Source: Candidatus Levybacteria bacterium RIFCSPLOWO2_01_FULL_42_15
Lineage (GTDB): Bacteria > Patescibacteriota > Microgenomatia > Levybacterales > UBA12049
Direction of reading: 5' to 3'
Assembly: GCA_001784055.1 (NCBI GenBank)
Contig: MFOZ01000019.1
Span: forward strand, 18,593 to 82,592
DNA: 64,000 bases
Part shown: piece by piece, positions 27,000-36,121 of the stretch
Position numbering within the stretch: position 1 is the first letter of the stretch
Layout of the letters: each line of letters begins with the position of its first letter
Position numbers and translations under genes: made by a program
Notes under the pieces: generated by a model
Databases searched by the model: none
What the model was told of the DNA's origin: nothing
The model's input: the letters and a program-made list of their open reading frames with translations, nothing else

Positions 27000-29900
27000 A
27001 TATTGTTAGGTGGATCGTAAATAATATTTTCTTTCTTGCAACACTTTTTTTACTTGCGTTTATTCCTCTTTATCCCAAAATCCCACTTTTGGATGTTGAG
27101 AACACATGGGTTTATATTAGATTAGAAGATGTTATCGTTGTATTTGTTTTTTTGATTTGGATTACTTTTTTCTTATTTAAGAAAGTTACGCTAAAAACTC
27201 CGCTAACATTACCCATAATTCTATTTTGGATTATTGGTGGATTAGCAACTCTTCATGGAATACTCCTGATTTTTCCTACTATTGCCAATGTTTTTCCTAA
27301 TGTAGCCTTTTTAAGTTTTTTAAGGAGAATAGAGTACCTATTTTTATTCTTTGTTGCTTTTGCCGCTATGAAGATAAAGACGCATATATTCTACGTTGCT
27401 GCGACATTGGTAGTAGTTCTTCTTTTGGTTGTGGGGTATGGAGTTGGACAGAAATTCCTTGAATTCCCGGCGTATTTAACCATGAATGAAGAATTCGCTA
27501 AGGGAATTCCTATACAGCTCTCACAACTTTCGCGAGTTCCGTCTACGTTTGCGGGTCATTATGATCTGGCTGCATATTTGGTTCTCGTGATTCCTCTTAT
27601 TGTTAGTATGGCTTTTGGATTTAAAAATTTGCTTATAAAGATTTTTTTATTGATATCTGCTTCTTTAGGTTTTGGTCTTATTTTTATGACCGTATCTCGA
27701 GTTTCATTTTTTGTGCTTTTACTTTCCATGATTATGCTTTTAATTCTTCAGAAAAAAAGATTGCTTATATTTTCTTTTTTCTTAATAGTGCTTGTATTTT
27801 TAAGTTTTTCTCCAAGTCTTCTTGCGCGTTTTGGAAGTACGGTTTCAGAGGTTGATGTGTTGGTTGATTCTTCTAGCGGGGCGGCAATTGGACACGTGAA
27901 AGATGTCCCGGCTGAATATTTCAAGGATAAAGTTGTTTTGAGGCAGCCCGCTTCAAAAGAAGAATCTCATGTGGCTAGTTCTTCTGCGATATTACCTTTT
28001 TTATTCATCCCGGAAGTAGCATCTCTTGTTGTGGAAGAAAACACTCTAACAGGAGAAAACCTGCCACAGGGAACCAGTTACATAAATCTTCCCCTCTCGC
28101 CTGTTACCAAAAAGATAGGGCAATTTTTCTACCAAAAATCGAATGATCCAAAAACAGCGGAAGTGCGTGTTTTTTATGGAGATTTTCTTGTAAAAAGAGC
28201 CAAAGCGTACGATCTTTCGTTCACCACCCGATTTCAGGGAGAATGGCCAAAGACAATTGCGGCATTCAAGAGAAATATTTTTTTAGGTAGCGGCTATGGC
28301 TCTGTGAGCCTTGCCGTTGACAATAACTATTTACGGATATTAGGAGAATCGGGATTGCTTGGATTTGTAGCTTTTATATCAATCTTTTTAACCGCCGGTA
28401 TATATATAAAAAGGGTATTGCCGAGCGTTGATTCTCCTGTTGTCCGAAGTTTTGTTTTGGGCTTTGTTGCCGGCACATTCGGATTAGCCCTAAACGCAGT
28501 GCTTATTGATGTTTTTGAGGCGTCCAAAATTGCTTTCACATATTGGCTCTTAATGGGTGTAACAATTGGTGTTTTGCAATTGTACAAGAAGGAAAAGATA
28601 GATTTTTTTAAAGAGTTCATAAAGGTAGTAAGCTCTCCCTACGCAATTATTATGTATCTTTTTATTGTCACGGTACTATTGTTTTATTCAGCTTCAAGCT
28701 ACTATTTTGTGGGTGATGATTTTACATGGCTTCGATGGGTTTCGGATGGATATTTTAAGAATGGGATACTCAGTTATTTTACAGAGGCTAATGGATTTTT
28801 CTATCGGCCCGGAGCCAAGCTATATTTCTCCTTAATGTATTCAGCATTTTGGCTTAATCAGGTAATGTATCATGCGGTGTCGATTTTTCTCCATTTCCTT
28901 GTTGCGGGATTTATATTTTTGATTTCCAAAAGAATCTTAAAAGACGTCTTTTTATCTACGGCTACCGCGTTTCTGTTTCTAATTATGAGCGGATATTCTG
29001 AGGCAGTTTTTTGGATTTCTTCCACGGGCTTTCTTTTTAACGCGGTGTTTGCGCTTTCTAGCCTACTGTTTTATATGTTCTGGAAAGAAAAGAGGAGAAA
29101 AATTTTCTTTATTCTTTCGTTTTTTTGCATTGCCTTAAGTCTTCTGTTTCATGAAATTGGCATTATTACGCCTTTGTTAATTATACTGTATGATCTTGTT
29201 TTTGTTGAAAAGCAATTTAGCCTGGGACTTTTACAAAAAAAACGCTATTATTTTGTCTTTCTTTCTCCCCTTATTCCCTATCTTGCGTTGCGGTACGCGG
29301 CTAACAGTCACTGGTTTAGCGGCGATTACAGCTACAACCTATTAAAGCTTCCTTTTAACAGTATTGGTAATATAATTGGTTATTTATCTCTTTCTCTCTT
29401 TGGTCCCATGTCGTTATCTCTCTATTCAGGGTTTAGAAGTATCTTACGAGAGCACGTTGTTATTTCGGCAGTAGCATTAACAATATTAGCCTGTATTACC
29501 GTTTTTTTCTATCGAATGGTTATGAAAAAGATGGCAAAAGAAGATGCAAAAATTGTCGTTTTTGGATTTTTGTTTTTTATAATCGCGCTCGCGCCATTTT
29601 TAGGGCTAGGGAATATTTCTTCTCGCTATAGTTATTTATCTTCTTTTGGGCTTGTCCTTCTTTCTGTATTCTTTCTTAAGAAGACATACGGTTTCCTTCT
29701 TGTCAACGGGCGAGGTATTGCCGTGACGAGCGTCATTATCATTGTTCTTATATTTTCCTTTCTCCACCTGATGCAGTTGCAAAAAATAAATTCGGATTGG
29801 AAAGTTGCCGGTGAAAAATCAAAAAAGTTTTTGGTCTCATTTAGCGATATATATCCGGATTATCAAATAAAAGGAAAGATGCAATTTTATTTTGTCAATG

Positions 29901-30133
29901 TACCGATTCGTGTAGGAGATGCGTGGGTGTTTCCTGTTGGCTTGGGTGATGCGTTGTGGTTTATTCTCAAAAATGAAGATCTTGCGGTGTATCAAGTGCA
30001 GTCGAGCAAAACCGCGCTTGATCTGGCAGAAACGTCAGAAAGAAGTAAAGTCTTTATGTTTGATACCCGTGCGGCCGTTTCCGAAGTGCGAAGAACAGAC
30101 AATGGCGATATTATTTACCTGAATGCGAAATAA
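26996..30133 (+). CDS. 1045-aa polytopic membrane protein: N-terminal O-antigen-ligase/polymerase-like (Wzy_C-type) module fused to a C-terminal ArnT/PMT-like GT-C module
   Basis: Residues about 1-540 have about 12 TM helices with an O-antigen-ligase-like region (...FMTVSRVSFFVLLL...) and a large loop. Residues about 540-1045 form a second TM bundle starting YYFVGDDFTWLRW, resembling GT-C family-39/83 N-termini. Confidence 0.55.
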   Translation: MNIVRWIVNNIFFLATLFLLAFIPLYPKIPLLDVENTWVYIRLEDVIVVFVFLIWITFFLFKKVTLKTPLTLPIILFWIIGGLATLHGILLIFPTIANVFPNVAFLSFLRRIEYLFLFFVAFAAMKIKTHIFYVAATLVVVLLLVVGYGVGQKFLEFPAYLTMNEEFAKGIPIQLSQLSRVPSTFAGHYDLAAYLVLVIPLIVSMAFGFKNLLIKIFLLISASLGFGLIFMTVSRVSFFVLLLSMIMLLILQKKRLLIFSFFLIVLVFLSFSPSLLARFGSTVSEVDVLVDSSSGAAIGHVKDVPAEYFKDKVVLRQPASKEESHVASSSAILPFLFIPEVASLVVEENTLTGENLPQGTSYINLPLSPVTKKIGQFFYQKSNDPKTAEVRVFYGDFLVKRAKAYDLSFTTRFQGEWPKTIAAFKRNIFLGSGYGSVSLAVDNNYLRILGESGLLGFVAFISIFLTAGIYIKRVLPSVDSPVVRSFVLGFVAGTFGLALNAVLIDVFEASKIAFTYWLLMGVTIGVLQLYKKEKIDFFKEFIKVVSSPYAIIMYLFIVTVLLFYSASSYYFVGDDFTWLRWVSDGYFKNGILSYFTEANGFFYRPGAKLYFSLMYSAFWLNQVMYHAVSIFLHFLVAGFIFLISKRILKDVFLSTATAFLFLIMSGYSEAVFWISSTGFLFNAVFALSSLLFYMFWKEKRRKIFFILSFFCIALSLLFHEIGIITPLLIILYDLVFVEKQFSLGLLQKKRYYFVFLSPLIPYLALRYAANSHWFSGDYSYNLLKLPFNSIGNIIGYLSLSLFGPMSLSLYSGFRSILREHVVISAVALTILACITVFFYRMVMKKMAKEDAKIVVFGFLFFIIALAPFLGLGNISSRYSYLSSFGLVLLSVFFLKKTYGFLLVNGRGIAVTSVIIIVLIFSFLHLMQLQKINSDWKVAGEKSKKFLVSFSDIYPDYQIKGKMQFYFVNVPIRVGDAWVFPVGLGDALWFILKNEDLAVYQVQSSKTALDLAETSERSKVFMFDTRAAVSEVRRTDNGDIIYLNAK

Positions 30134-30137
30134 TTAC

Positions 30138-31598
30138 ATGATACGCAAAAAAGAAATAATAGCTCTTTTTCTTATTCTTACTTTGGGTTTTATCGTTCGG
30201 CTCTATAAGTTTACTAATCCTATTGCCGACTGGCATTCGTGGAGACAATCAGACACGTCTTCCGTATCCAGAAACTTTGTGAAATACGGGTTTGATCTTC
30301 TTCATCCACGGTTTGATGATCTATCTAACGGCGTGTCGCTTCTTGACAATCCGAAAGGATACCGTTTCGTAGAATTTCCAATCTACAACGTGTTTCAAGC
30401 CGGACTCTTTGAGTTGTTTCATACGTTTACTATTGAAGAGTGGGGTCGATTAGTTAGTATTGCGTCAGTTTTGATTGCAACGGTTTTTCTCTATCTTTTG
30501 GTGAGGGAATATGTATCTTCTCGCGCAGGTCTTTTTGCCGCATTTTTTTACGCACTCCTTCCGTATAATATTTATTTCGGTCGCGTTATCTTGCCGGATA
30601 CGCTGATGGTTGCCTTCATGCTTGGGGGGTTATATTTTTTTGATGCGTGGACAAAAAAAATCAAAACAAATCAAAAACGCGTTCAGGCACTCTTATTTTT
30701 TATGCTCGCGGTTCTGTTTACAGCATCTGCTATTCTTATCAAACCGTTCGTTCTATTCTACGGATTAGCTTTTGTTTATATTCTCATAAAAAGATTTGGA
30801 TGGCGTTTACTGAAGCGATGGGATATATGGCTGTTTGCGATTCTTTGCCTTTTGCCCTTTGTTCTTTGGAGAGCGTGGATGCAGCAATATCCGGAAGGAA
30901 TTCCTAGAAACGATTGGCTATACAATGGGAATGGGATCCGTTTTAGAGGAGCATTTTTTTGGTGGATTTTTGCGGAACGAATTGGAAAAAACATGCTTGG
31001 ATATTGGGGCCTTCCCATTATTGTTATTGGACTTATTTCTAAAATAAAAGAGAAAGATACTTGGTTCTTTTTTACCTTTATTATTGCGTCTCTTCTTTAT
31101 ATAAGCGTATTTGCAACAGGGAATGTTCAGCATGATTATTACCAGATTCTTATTGTGCCAACGCTTGCCATTTTTTTTGCCAAGGGAGCAGAAGCAATCG
31201 TTGAATTTTCTTCCCATGCCTTCCATAAATTCCTCGCCTTAGCAACGTTTGCGATCTGTGTTGTCTTTATGTTTATGTTTGGGTGGAGAGAAATCAGGGC
31301 ATTTTACAACATTGATCATCCGGAAATTGTTGAAGCAGGGCGCGCGATTGACGCGCTTACCCCAAAAAATGCAAAGATTATTGCGATATACAACGGAGAT
31401 ACAACCTTTCTCTATCATACAAATAGACAAGGATGGCCAGTCTTTGAAAGATCTATAAAAGATTTTGTAAAGGCAGGGGCAACCCACATAGCGTTTGTAA
31501 ATCAAGGAGAAAAAGAATCAAACTTTGCAAATGAATTTAATACGGTCAAAGTAACAGAACGATATGCAATATTTGATCTTACAAAAAAGAAAAAATGA
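30138..31598 (+). CDS. GT-C-type membrane glycosyltransferase, family 39/ArnT/PMT-like
   Basis: Start IRKKEIIALFLILTLGFIVRLY..., then a WRQSDT loop motif, then about 11 TM helices. Start taken at the Met after the upstream stop. Confidence 0.6.
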   Translation: MIRKKEIIALFLILTLGFIVRLYKFTNPIADWHSWRQSDTSSVSRNFVKYGFDLLHPRFDDLSNGVSLLDNPKGYRFVEFPIYNVFQAGLFELFHTFTIEEWGRLVSIASVLIATVFLYLLVREYVSSRAGLFAAFFYALLPYNIYFGRVILPDTLMVAFMLGGLYFFDAWTKKIKTNQKRVQALLFFMLAVLFTASAILIKPFVLFYGLAFVYILIKRFGWRLLKRWDIWLFAILCLLPFVLWRAWMQQYPEGIPRNDWLYNGNGIRFRGAFFWWIFAERIGKNMLGYWGLPIIVIGLISKIKEKDTWFFFTFIIASLLYISVFATGNVQHDYYQILIVPTLAIFFAKGAEAIVEFSSHAFHKFLALATFAICVVFMFMFGWREIRAFYNIDHPEIVEAGRAIDALTPKNAKIIAIYNGDTTFLYHTNRQGWPVFERSIKDFVKAGATHIAFVNQGEKESNFANEFNTVKVTERYAIFDLTKKKK

Positions 31599-32881
31599 AC
31601 ATTTTAGTTGTTTCCTCTTTTTTGCCGTATCCTTTGTTTTCAGGGGGACATATCCGCCTTTACAGCATTATAAAAGAGCTTTCTAGAAGGCATACCATAA
31701 CGCTTATCTGCGAAAAGAGAAAGCATCAGACAGAAGATGACGTAAAAGAGGTTGAGAAAATTTGCGAGGTAATCTGGGTTGAGCGAAAACAACAATGGTC
31801 AATAAAGAATATTCTTCAAGCAGGATTCTCTCCATACCCTTTCTTAATGACAGGGCACACAAATTCGGAAATGAAGAAAAGAATAGAGGATGTTTTGAGA
31901 CAAAGAAAAATCGATGTAATCCACATTGAGACATTTTACGTCTACCAAAACATGCCCCGGGTTTTGATTCCGACCGTTTTGGTGGAGCATAACATAGAGT
32001 ATTTAGTTTATAAACGATTTGCCGATTCGGCTCCAAAATTCATAAAACATCTTCTCCTTTTGGATATATTAAAGATGCGGTATTGGGAGCAAAAATTTTG
32101 GCAGAAAGCAACAAAGCTTGTTGCCGTATCGGAGCAGGAAAAAAACATGATGACAAGAGACGATGTAGCAGTGGTACCAAATGGGGTAGACGTAAATAAG
32201 TTCAAAGTCAGGCGTTCAGAGTTAAAAGTTAACGATAGAGAAAAGAGAGTTTTATTTATTGGGGATTTTCGGTGGATTCAAAATAGGGATGCGCTTGAAT
32301 GGATTCTCAAAGAGATATGGCCGGAAATAAGTTCAAAGTTCCCCACTTCGCCAAGGCTTCGAGGGGCGAGCGAAGTTCAAAGTTCCCCAGCCTCGCCAAG
32401 CGAAGCCTCGCCAAAGGCGGGCGAAGCAGGGCGGGCAAAGTTATTGCTTTGGATTGTAGGCAGAGACATTCCAAGTTCGCTTAAAAAGCTCACTAAGGAT
32501 GATAGCATTATGTTTGATGAGAACGCATCAGAAAATACTACCGAAATCTTCAAAAAAGCGGACATATTGCTTGCGCCGATACGCATTGGCGGTGGGACAA
32601 GCTTTAAGATTTTAGAGGCTATGGCAAGCGGTGTTCCTGTGGTGACAACGTCTCTTGGTATAGAAGGAATAGGCGCAATAAAAAATAAAGAAGTACTTAT
32701 TGCGAATACATCATATGAATTTGGAGAAGAAACAAATAGAGTTCTGCGAAATCCCCATCTTTATAAAGAGCTTGCAGGAAACGCGCGTAAACTCATTGAA
32801 GAGAAGTATGATTGGGACGTTATTGTTAAAAAACTGGAAGATGTATATACGTCTGCCGTATATCATGCAGGGGCAATATGA
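31595..32881 (+). CDS. GT4-family glycosyltransferase carrying an in-frame GC-rich repeat-element insertion
   Basis: N-domain MNILVVSSFLPYPLFSGGHIRLYS. C-domain LLAPIRIGGGTSFKILEAMASGVPVVTT. A low-complexity insert, SSKFPTSPRLRGASEVQSSPASPSEASPKAGEAGRAK, interrupts the EIWPEI...LLLWIVG junction. Confidence 0.8.
   Translation: MNILVVSSFLPYPLFSGGHIRLYSIIKELSRRHTITLICEKRKHQTEDDVKEVEKICEVIWVERKQQWSIKNILQAGFSPYPFLMTGHTNSEMKKRIEDVLRQRKIDVIHIETFYVYQNMPRVLIPTVLVEHNIEYLVYKRFADSAPKFIKHLLLLDILKMRYWEQKFWQKATKLVAVSEQEKNMMTRDDVAVVPNGVDVNKFKVRRSELKVNDREKRVLFIGDFRWIQNRDALEWILKEIWPEISSKFPTSPRLRGASEVQSSPASPSEASPKAGEAGRAKLLLWIVGRDIPSSLKKLTKDDSIMFDENASENTTEIFKKADILLAPIRIGGGTSFKILEAMASGVPVVTTSLGIEGIGAIKNKEVLIANTSYEFGEETNRVLRNPHLYKELAGNARKLIEEKYDWDVIVKKLEDVYTSAVYHAGAI
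32329..32442. repeat. Tandem pair (44 bp + 70 bp) of a GC-rich intragenic repeat element; second copy at 48419-48487
   Basis: Both units start aagttcaaagttcccca. Unit 2 (ttcaaagttccccagcctcgccaagcgaagcctcgccaaaggcgggcgaagcagggcgggcaaagtt) matches the murE copy (ttcaaaattccccggcctcgctccgcgaagcctcgccaaaggcgggcgaagcgggacgggcaaaatt) nearly base for base. Confidence 0.85.
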
Positions 32882-33783
32882 TTGAGCTTTCCATTATCAT
32901 TGTCAATTTCAACACAAAAGATTTTATAAAACAGTGTATAGCCTCTATCATAGGTAGCTCATTTGAGAGAGAGTTTGAAATAATTGTTGTAGATAATGCC
33001 TCTACCGATGGAAGCGTTGAGGATATTCAGAAGACAACATCCTTAACGCAGAATTTTTTTCTTATTGAAAATAAAGAGAATGTTGGATTCTCCAAGGCAA
33101 ATAATCAGGGGATAGGTGTTGCGAAAGGATCCTATTTTCTTTTCTTGAATCCGGATACCGTTTTTTCAACCGATACTTTGGAAACTGTGATTTCTTTCAT
33201 GGAAAAGCACCCAGACGTTGGAGTGGCAACAGCAAGAATTAATCTTCCAAATGGAACGCTTGATGAGGCATGTCACAGGGGATTTCCTACTCCCTGGAAT
33301 GCATTTTGTTATTTTTCTTCTCTGTCTAAGCTCTGCCCCAAAAGCAAGCTTTTTGCAGGATATCAAATGGGCTGGTTGGATCTTTCTACAACCCATGAGG
33401 TTGAGTCGGTTTGCGGAGCATTTATGATGGTGTCAAGACAAGCGGGGGATCAGATCGGCTGGTGGGATGAGGATTATTTTTGGTACGGAGAGGATATTGA
33501 TTTTTGCTATCGCATAAAACAAAAAGGATTAAAAATATATTATATTCCCTCTGCGTCAATAACGCACTATAAAGGAGTATCGGGCGGAATTAAACAAATT
33601 TCCAAAAATATTGCAACTGCCTCAGAGACGATCAAAAGAAACTCCATGATAGCTCGATTTGAGGCAATGAGAATTTTTTATAAAAAACACTACAAAAAGC
33701 GTTATCCATGGTTTCTAACCCGTTTGGTCTTCGGCGCAATCGGCATATTGCGATTTTTTAACCTTTATACCCTTAGGAAGTAA
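32878..33783 (+). CDS. Glycosyltransferase family 2
   Basis: LSIIIVNFNTKDF...IIVVDNASTDGS; LNPDT; DEDYFWYGEDIDFCYR. Confidence 0.8.
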   Translation: MIELSIIIVNFNTKDFIKQCIASIIGSSFEREFEIIVVDNASTDGSVEDIQKTTSLTQNFFLIENKENVGFSKANNQGIGVAKGSYFLFLNPDTVFSTDTLETVISFMEKHPDVGVATARINLPNGTLDEACHRGFPTPWNAFCYFSSLSKLCPKSKLFAGYQMGWLDLSTTHEVESVCGAFMMVSRQAGDQIGWWDEDYFWYGEDIDFCYRIKQKGLKIYYIPSASITHYKGVSGGIKQISKNIATASETIKRNSMIARFEAMRIFYKKHYKKRYPWFLTRLVFGAIGILRFFNLYTLRK

Positions 33784-33817
33784 TCCAATCCCCCTCCTTC
33801 TATGTTATAATTTCCCC

Positions 33818-34969
33818 ATGGTTATTGGGATTGATTGCAGGCTTTGGGAGGAATCGGGGGTTGGTCGTTATACCCAAAATCTTGTAAAGAATTTTTCCCT
33901 TCTGAGAACTCCTCACGAATTTGTCTTTTTTGCCCAAAGAAGACATGTGCATCAGATACAGTCTATAATCGGAAAAAGAAAATGGAGAATCATTGCGGTA
34001 AAAAGCAAATGGCATTCACTGTCTGAACAAGCGCTCCTTCCTTTCATCCTGAAAAGAGCAAAAATTGACCTCATGCATTTTCCTTACATGTCTGCTCCTC
34101 TGTTGTATAACAGACCTTTTGTGGTAACGATACACGATCTTATTCCTTATCACTTTGTAACAGGCGAGGCAACTACCCTTCCGCCTTTTGTATATCGGCT
34201 TAAACGCATTGCTTACAAAACGGTACTTTCTTCTGCGATTAAAAAAGCCAAGAGGATAATAGCTGTTTCCAACGCAACAAAAGAGGCAATCATCAATAAC
34301 TTTTCAATAAACCAGCAAAAAGTTTCTGTTATTTACGAAGGAGTAGATTCTGCGATACATACGTCTTCTCATCTTTTATCGGAAGAAGAAAAGAACGCCG
34401 CCTCTTTTTTAAAAAATACGGAGTATTTATTGTATATTGGGAATGCCTATCCCCATAAAAATCTTAAGAAGCTAATAGAAGCTTTTCGGTTAATCGGAGA
34501 GGAATATCCATCTCTCAAATTATTTCTTGTTGGAAAAGATGACCACTTTTATAAAAGATTGAGATTGTTTATACAAGAGATGGGGCTTACAAAAGCTGTA
34601 ATTCACTTTGGCTTTGTAAGCGATCCCTTTTTATATTACCTCTATAAAAACGCCCATGCGTTGGTTGCGCCGTCTTTAATGGAGGGATTTGGACTCTCTG
34701 TACTTGAGGCGATGGCAAACAGATGCCTTGTTGTGTGTTCGGATATCCCTGTTTTTCGAGAACTTTATTTGGATACCGTACTATATTGTGATCCCAAAAA
34801 GACTCAAGATATTGCTCGTGTCCTAAAAAAAACAATATTGCTTAAAACTCATGAGAGAACGGTCTTTGTCCAAAAAGCCCACGCGCGAACCTATCATTTT
34901 TCCTGGGAAACTGCGGCAAAAGAAACGATTGATGTCTATGAAAGTTGTTCTTTGGCAAGCTCAGAATAA
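33818..34969 (+). CDS. GT4-family glycosyltransferase
   Basis: MVIGIDCRLWEESGVGRYT. LLYIGNAYPHKNLKKLIEAF. VAPSLMEGFGLSVLEAMANRCLVVCSDIPVFRE. Confidence 0.8.
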   Translation: MVIGIDCRLWEESGVGRYTQNLVKNFSLLRTPHEFVFFAQRRHVHQIQSIIGKRKWRIIAVKSKWHSLSEQALLPFILKRAKIDLMHFPYMSAPLLYNRPFVVTIHDLIPYHFVTGEATTLPPFVYRLKRIAYKTVLSSAIKKAKRIIAVSNATKEAIINNFSINQQKVSVIYEGVDSAIHTSSHLLSEEEKNAASFLKNTEYLLYIGNAYPHKNLKKLIEAFRLIGEEYPSLKLFLVGKDDHFYKRLRLFIQEMGLTKAVIHFGFVSDPFLYYLYKNAHALVAPSLMEGFGLSVLEAMANRCLVVCSDIPVFRELYLDTVLYCDPKKTQDIARVLKKTILLKTHERTVFVQKAHARTYHFSWETAAKETIDVYESCSLASSE

Positions 34970-34996
34970 ACTTATTGATTATGGCAAGCTCATCTT

Positions 34997-36121
34997 ATGA
35001 AGGTTGCATTAGTGTACGACCGATTGAACAAATGGGGAGGAGCGGAGCGAGTGCTTCTATCGCTTCGCGAACTTTTTCCAGATGCTCCATTGTATACATC
35101 GGTGTATCATGCTAAGAGAGCTTCCTGGGCAAAAGAATTTGTTGTTAAATCGTCTTTTCTCCAACGATTCCCATACGCGGCATCTTCCCACGAACCATAT
35201 GCAATATTCATGCCTTTGGCGTTTGAGAGTTTTTCCTTTGATAGATACGATTTAGTTATTTCCGTAACCAGCGAAAGCGCAAAGGGTATTATCACAAAGC
35301 CAAACACGATACATATTTGCTATTGCCTTACCCCCACAAGATATTTATGGAGCGGTTATGATGAATATTTTACAAGTTCAGCTGTCCGTTTTTTGTCAAA
35401 GCCTGCTGTTTCTTATTTGAGAGCTTGGGATAAAATTGCAGCTCAAAGGCCAGATGCATATATTGCGATTTCAAAAGAGGTTCAAAAAAGAATTAAAAAA
35501 TATTATGAAAGAGAATCAACTGTTATATATCCTCCCGTAGCAATAGACGGTAGAAGATGGAATAGAGAAGATAGTAATTTGAAGATAGAAGATAGAGTGT
35601 CGAAAGGATATTTTCTTATTGTATCTCGTTTTGTCCCGTATAAAAAAATCGATATCGCAATAAAGGCCTGTAGCCGGCTCAAGTTGCCTCTTAAAATAGT
35701 TGGTTCCGGAGCACAAGAGGGGTATCTTCGGTCTCTTGCGGGGCCTACGGTTGAGTTTCTTGGTAACTTGACTGACAAAGAGTTACTAAGCTATTATAAG
35801 AATAGTTGGGCACTCCTTTTTCCGGGGCATGAGGATTTTGGCATAGTAATCGTGGAGGCGTTAGCAAGCGGAACGCCTGTAATTGCGTTTAAGAATGGGG
35901 GTGCCCTTGAAATAATAAAAGAAGGGAAAACAGGGGCATTCTTTTATCCACAGACAGTGGAATCATTGGAGAGCGTATTGCAATCGTTTAGTCCGGTTGA
36001 CTATCAAGCGGACGAATGCAGAAAAAGCGTTATGCAATTTGAAAAAAAGAGATTCCTAAAGGAGTTCAGGCAAGCAGTTGAGGCGCTTTTTCTTGCGCAC
36101 AAAAAGAAAAAGATGATATGA
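34997..36121 (+). CDS. GT4-family glycosyltransferase
   Basis: MKVALVYDRLNKWGGAERV. FPGHEDFGIVIVEALASGTPVIAFKNGGALEII. Confidence 0.8.
   Translation: MKVALVYDRLNKWGGAERVLLSLRELFPDAPLYTSVYHAKRASWAKEFVVKSSFLQRFPYAASSHEPYAIFMPLAFESFSFDRYDLVISVTSESAKGIITKPNTIHICYCLTPTRYLWSGYDEYFTSSAVRFLSKPAVSYLRAWDKIAAQRPDAYIAISKEVQKRIKKYYERESTVIYPPVAIDGRRWNREDSNLKIEDRVSKGYFLIVSRFVPYKKIDIAIKACSRLKLPLKIVGSGAQEGYLRSLAGPTVEFLGNLTDKELLSYYKNSWALLFPGHEDFGIVIVEALASGTPVIAFKNGGALEIIKEGKTGAFFYPQTVESLESVLQSFSPVDYQADECRKSVMQFEKKRFLKEFRQAVEALFLAHKKKKMI

Noticed and set aside
32299-32484. 61-aa ORF (MDSQRDMAGNKFKVPHFAKASRGERSSKFPSLAKRSLAKGGRSRAGK...) on the + strand
   Set aside because: This is an alternative-frame reading of the GC-rich repeat element inside the GT4 gene. 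The GT4 frame is continuous with strong family motifs on both sides, so this is an artefact of the repeat's low-complexity composition.
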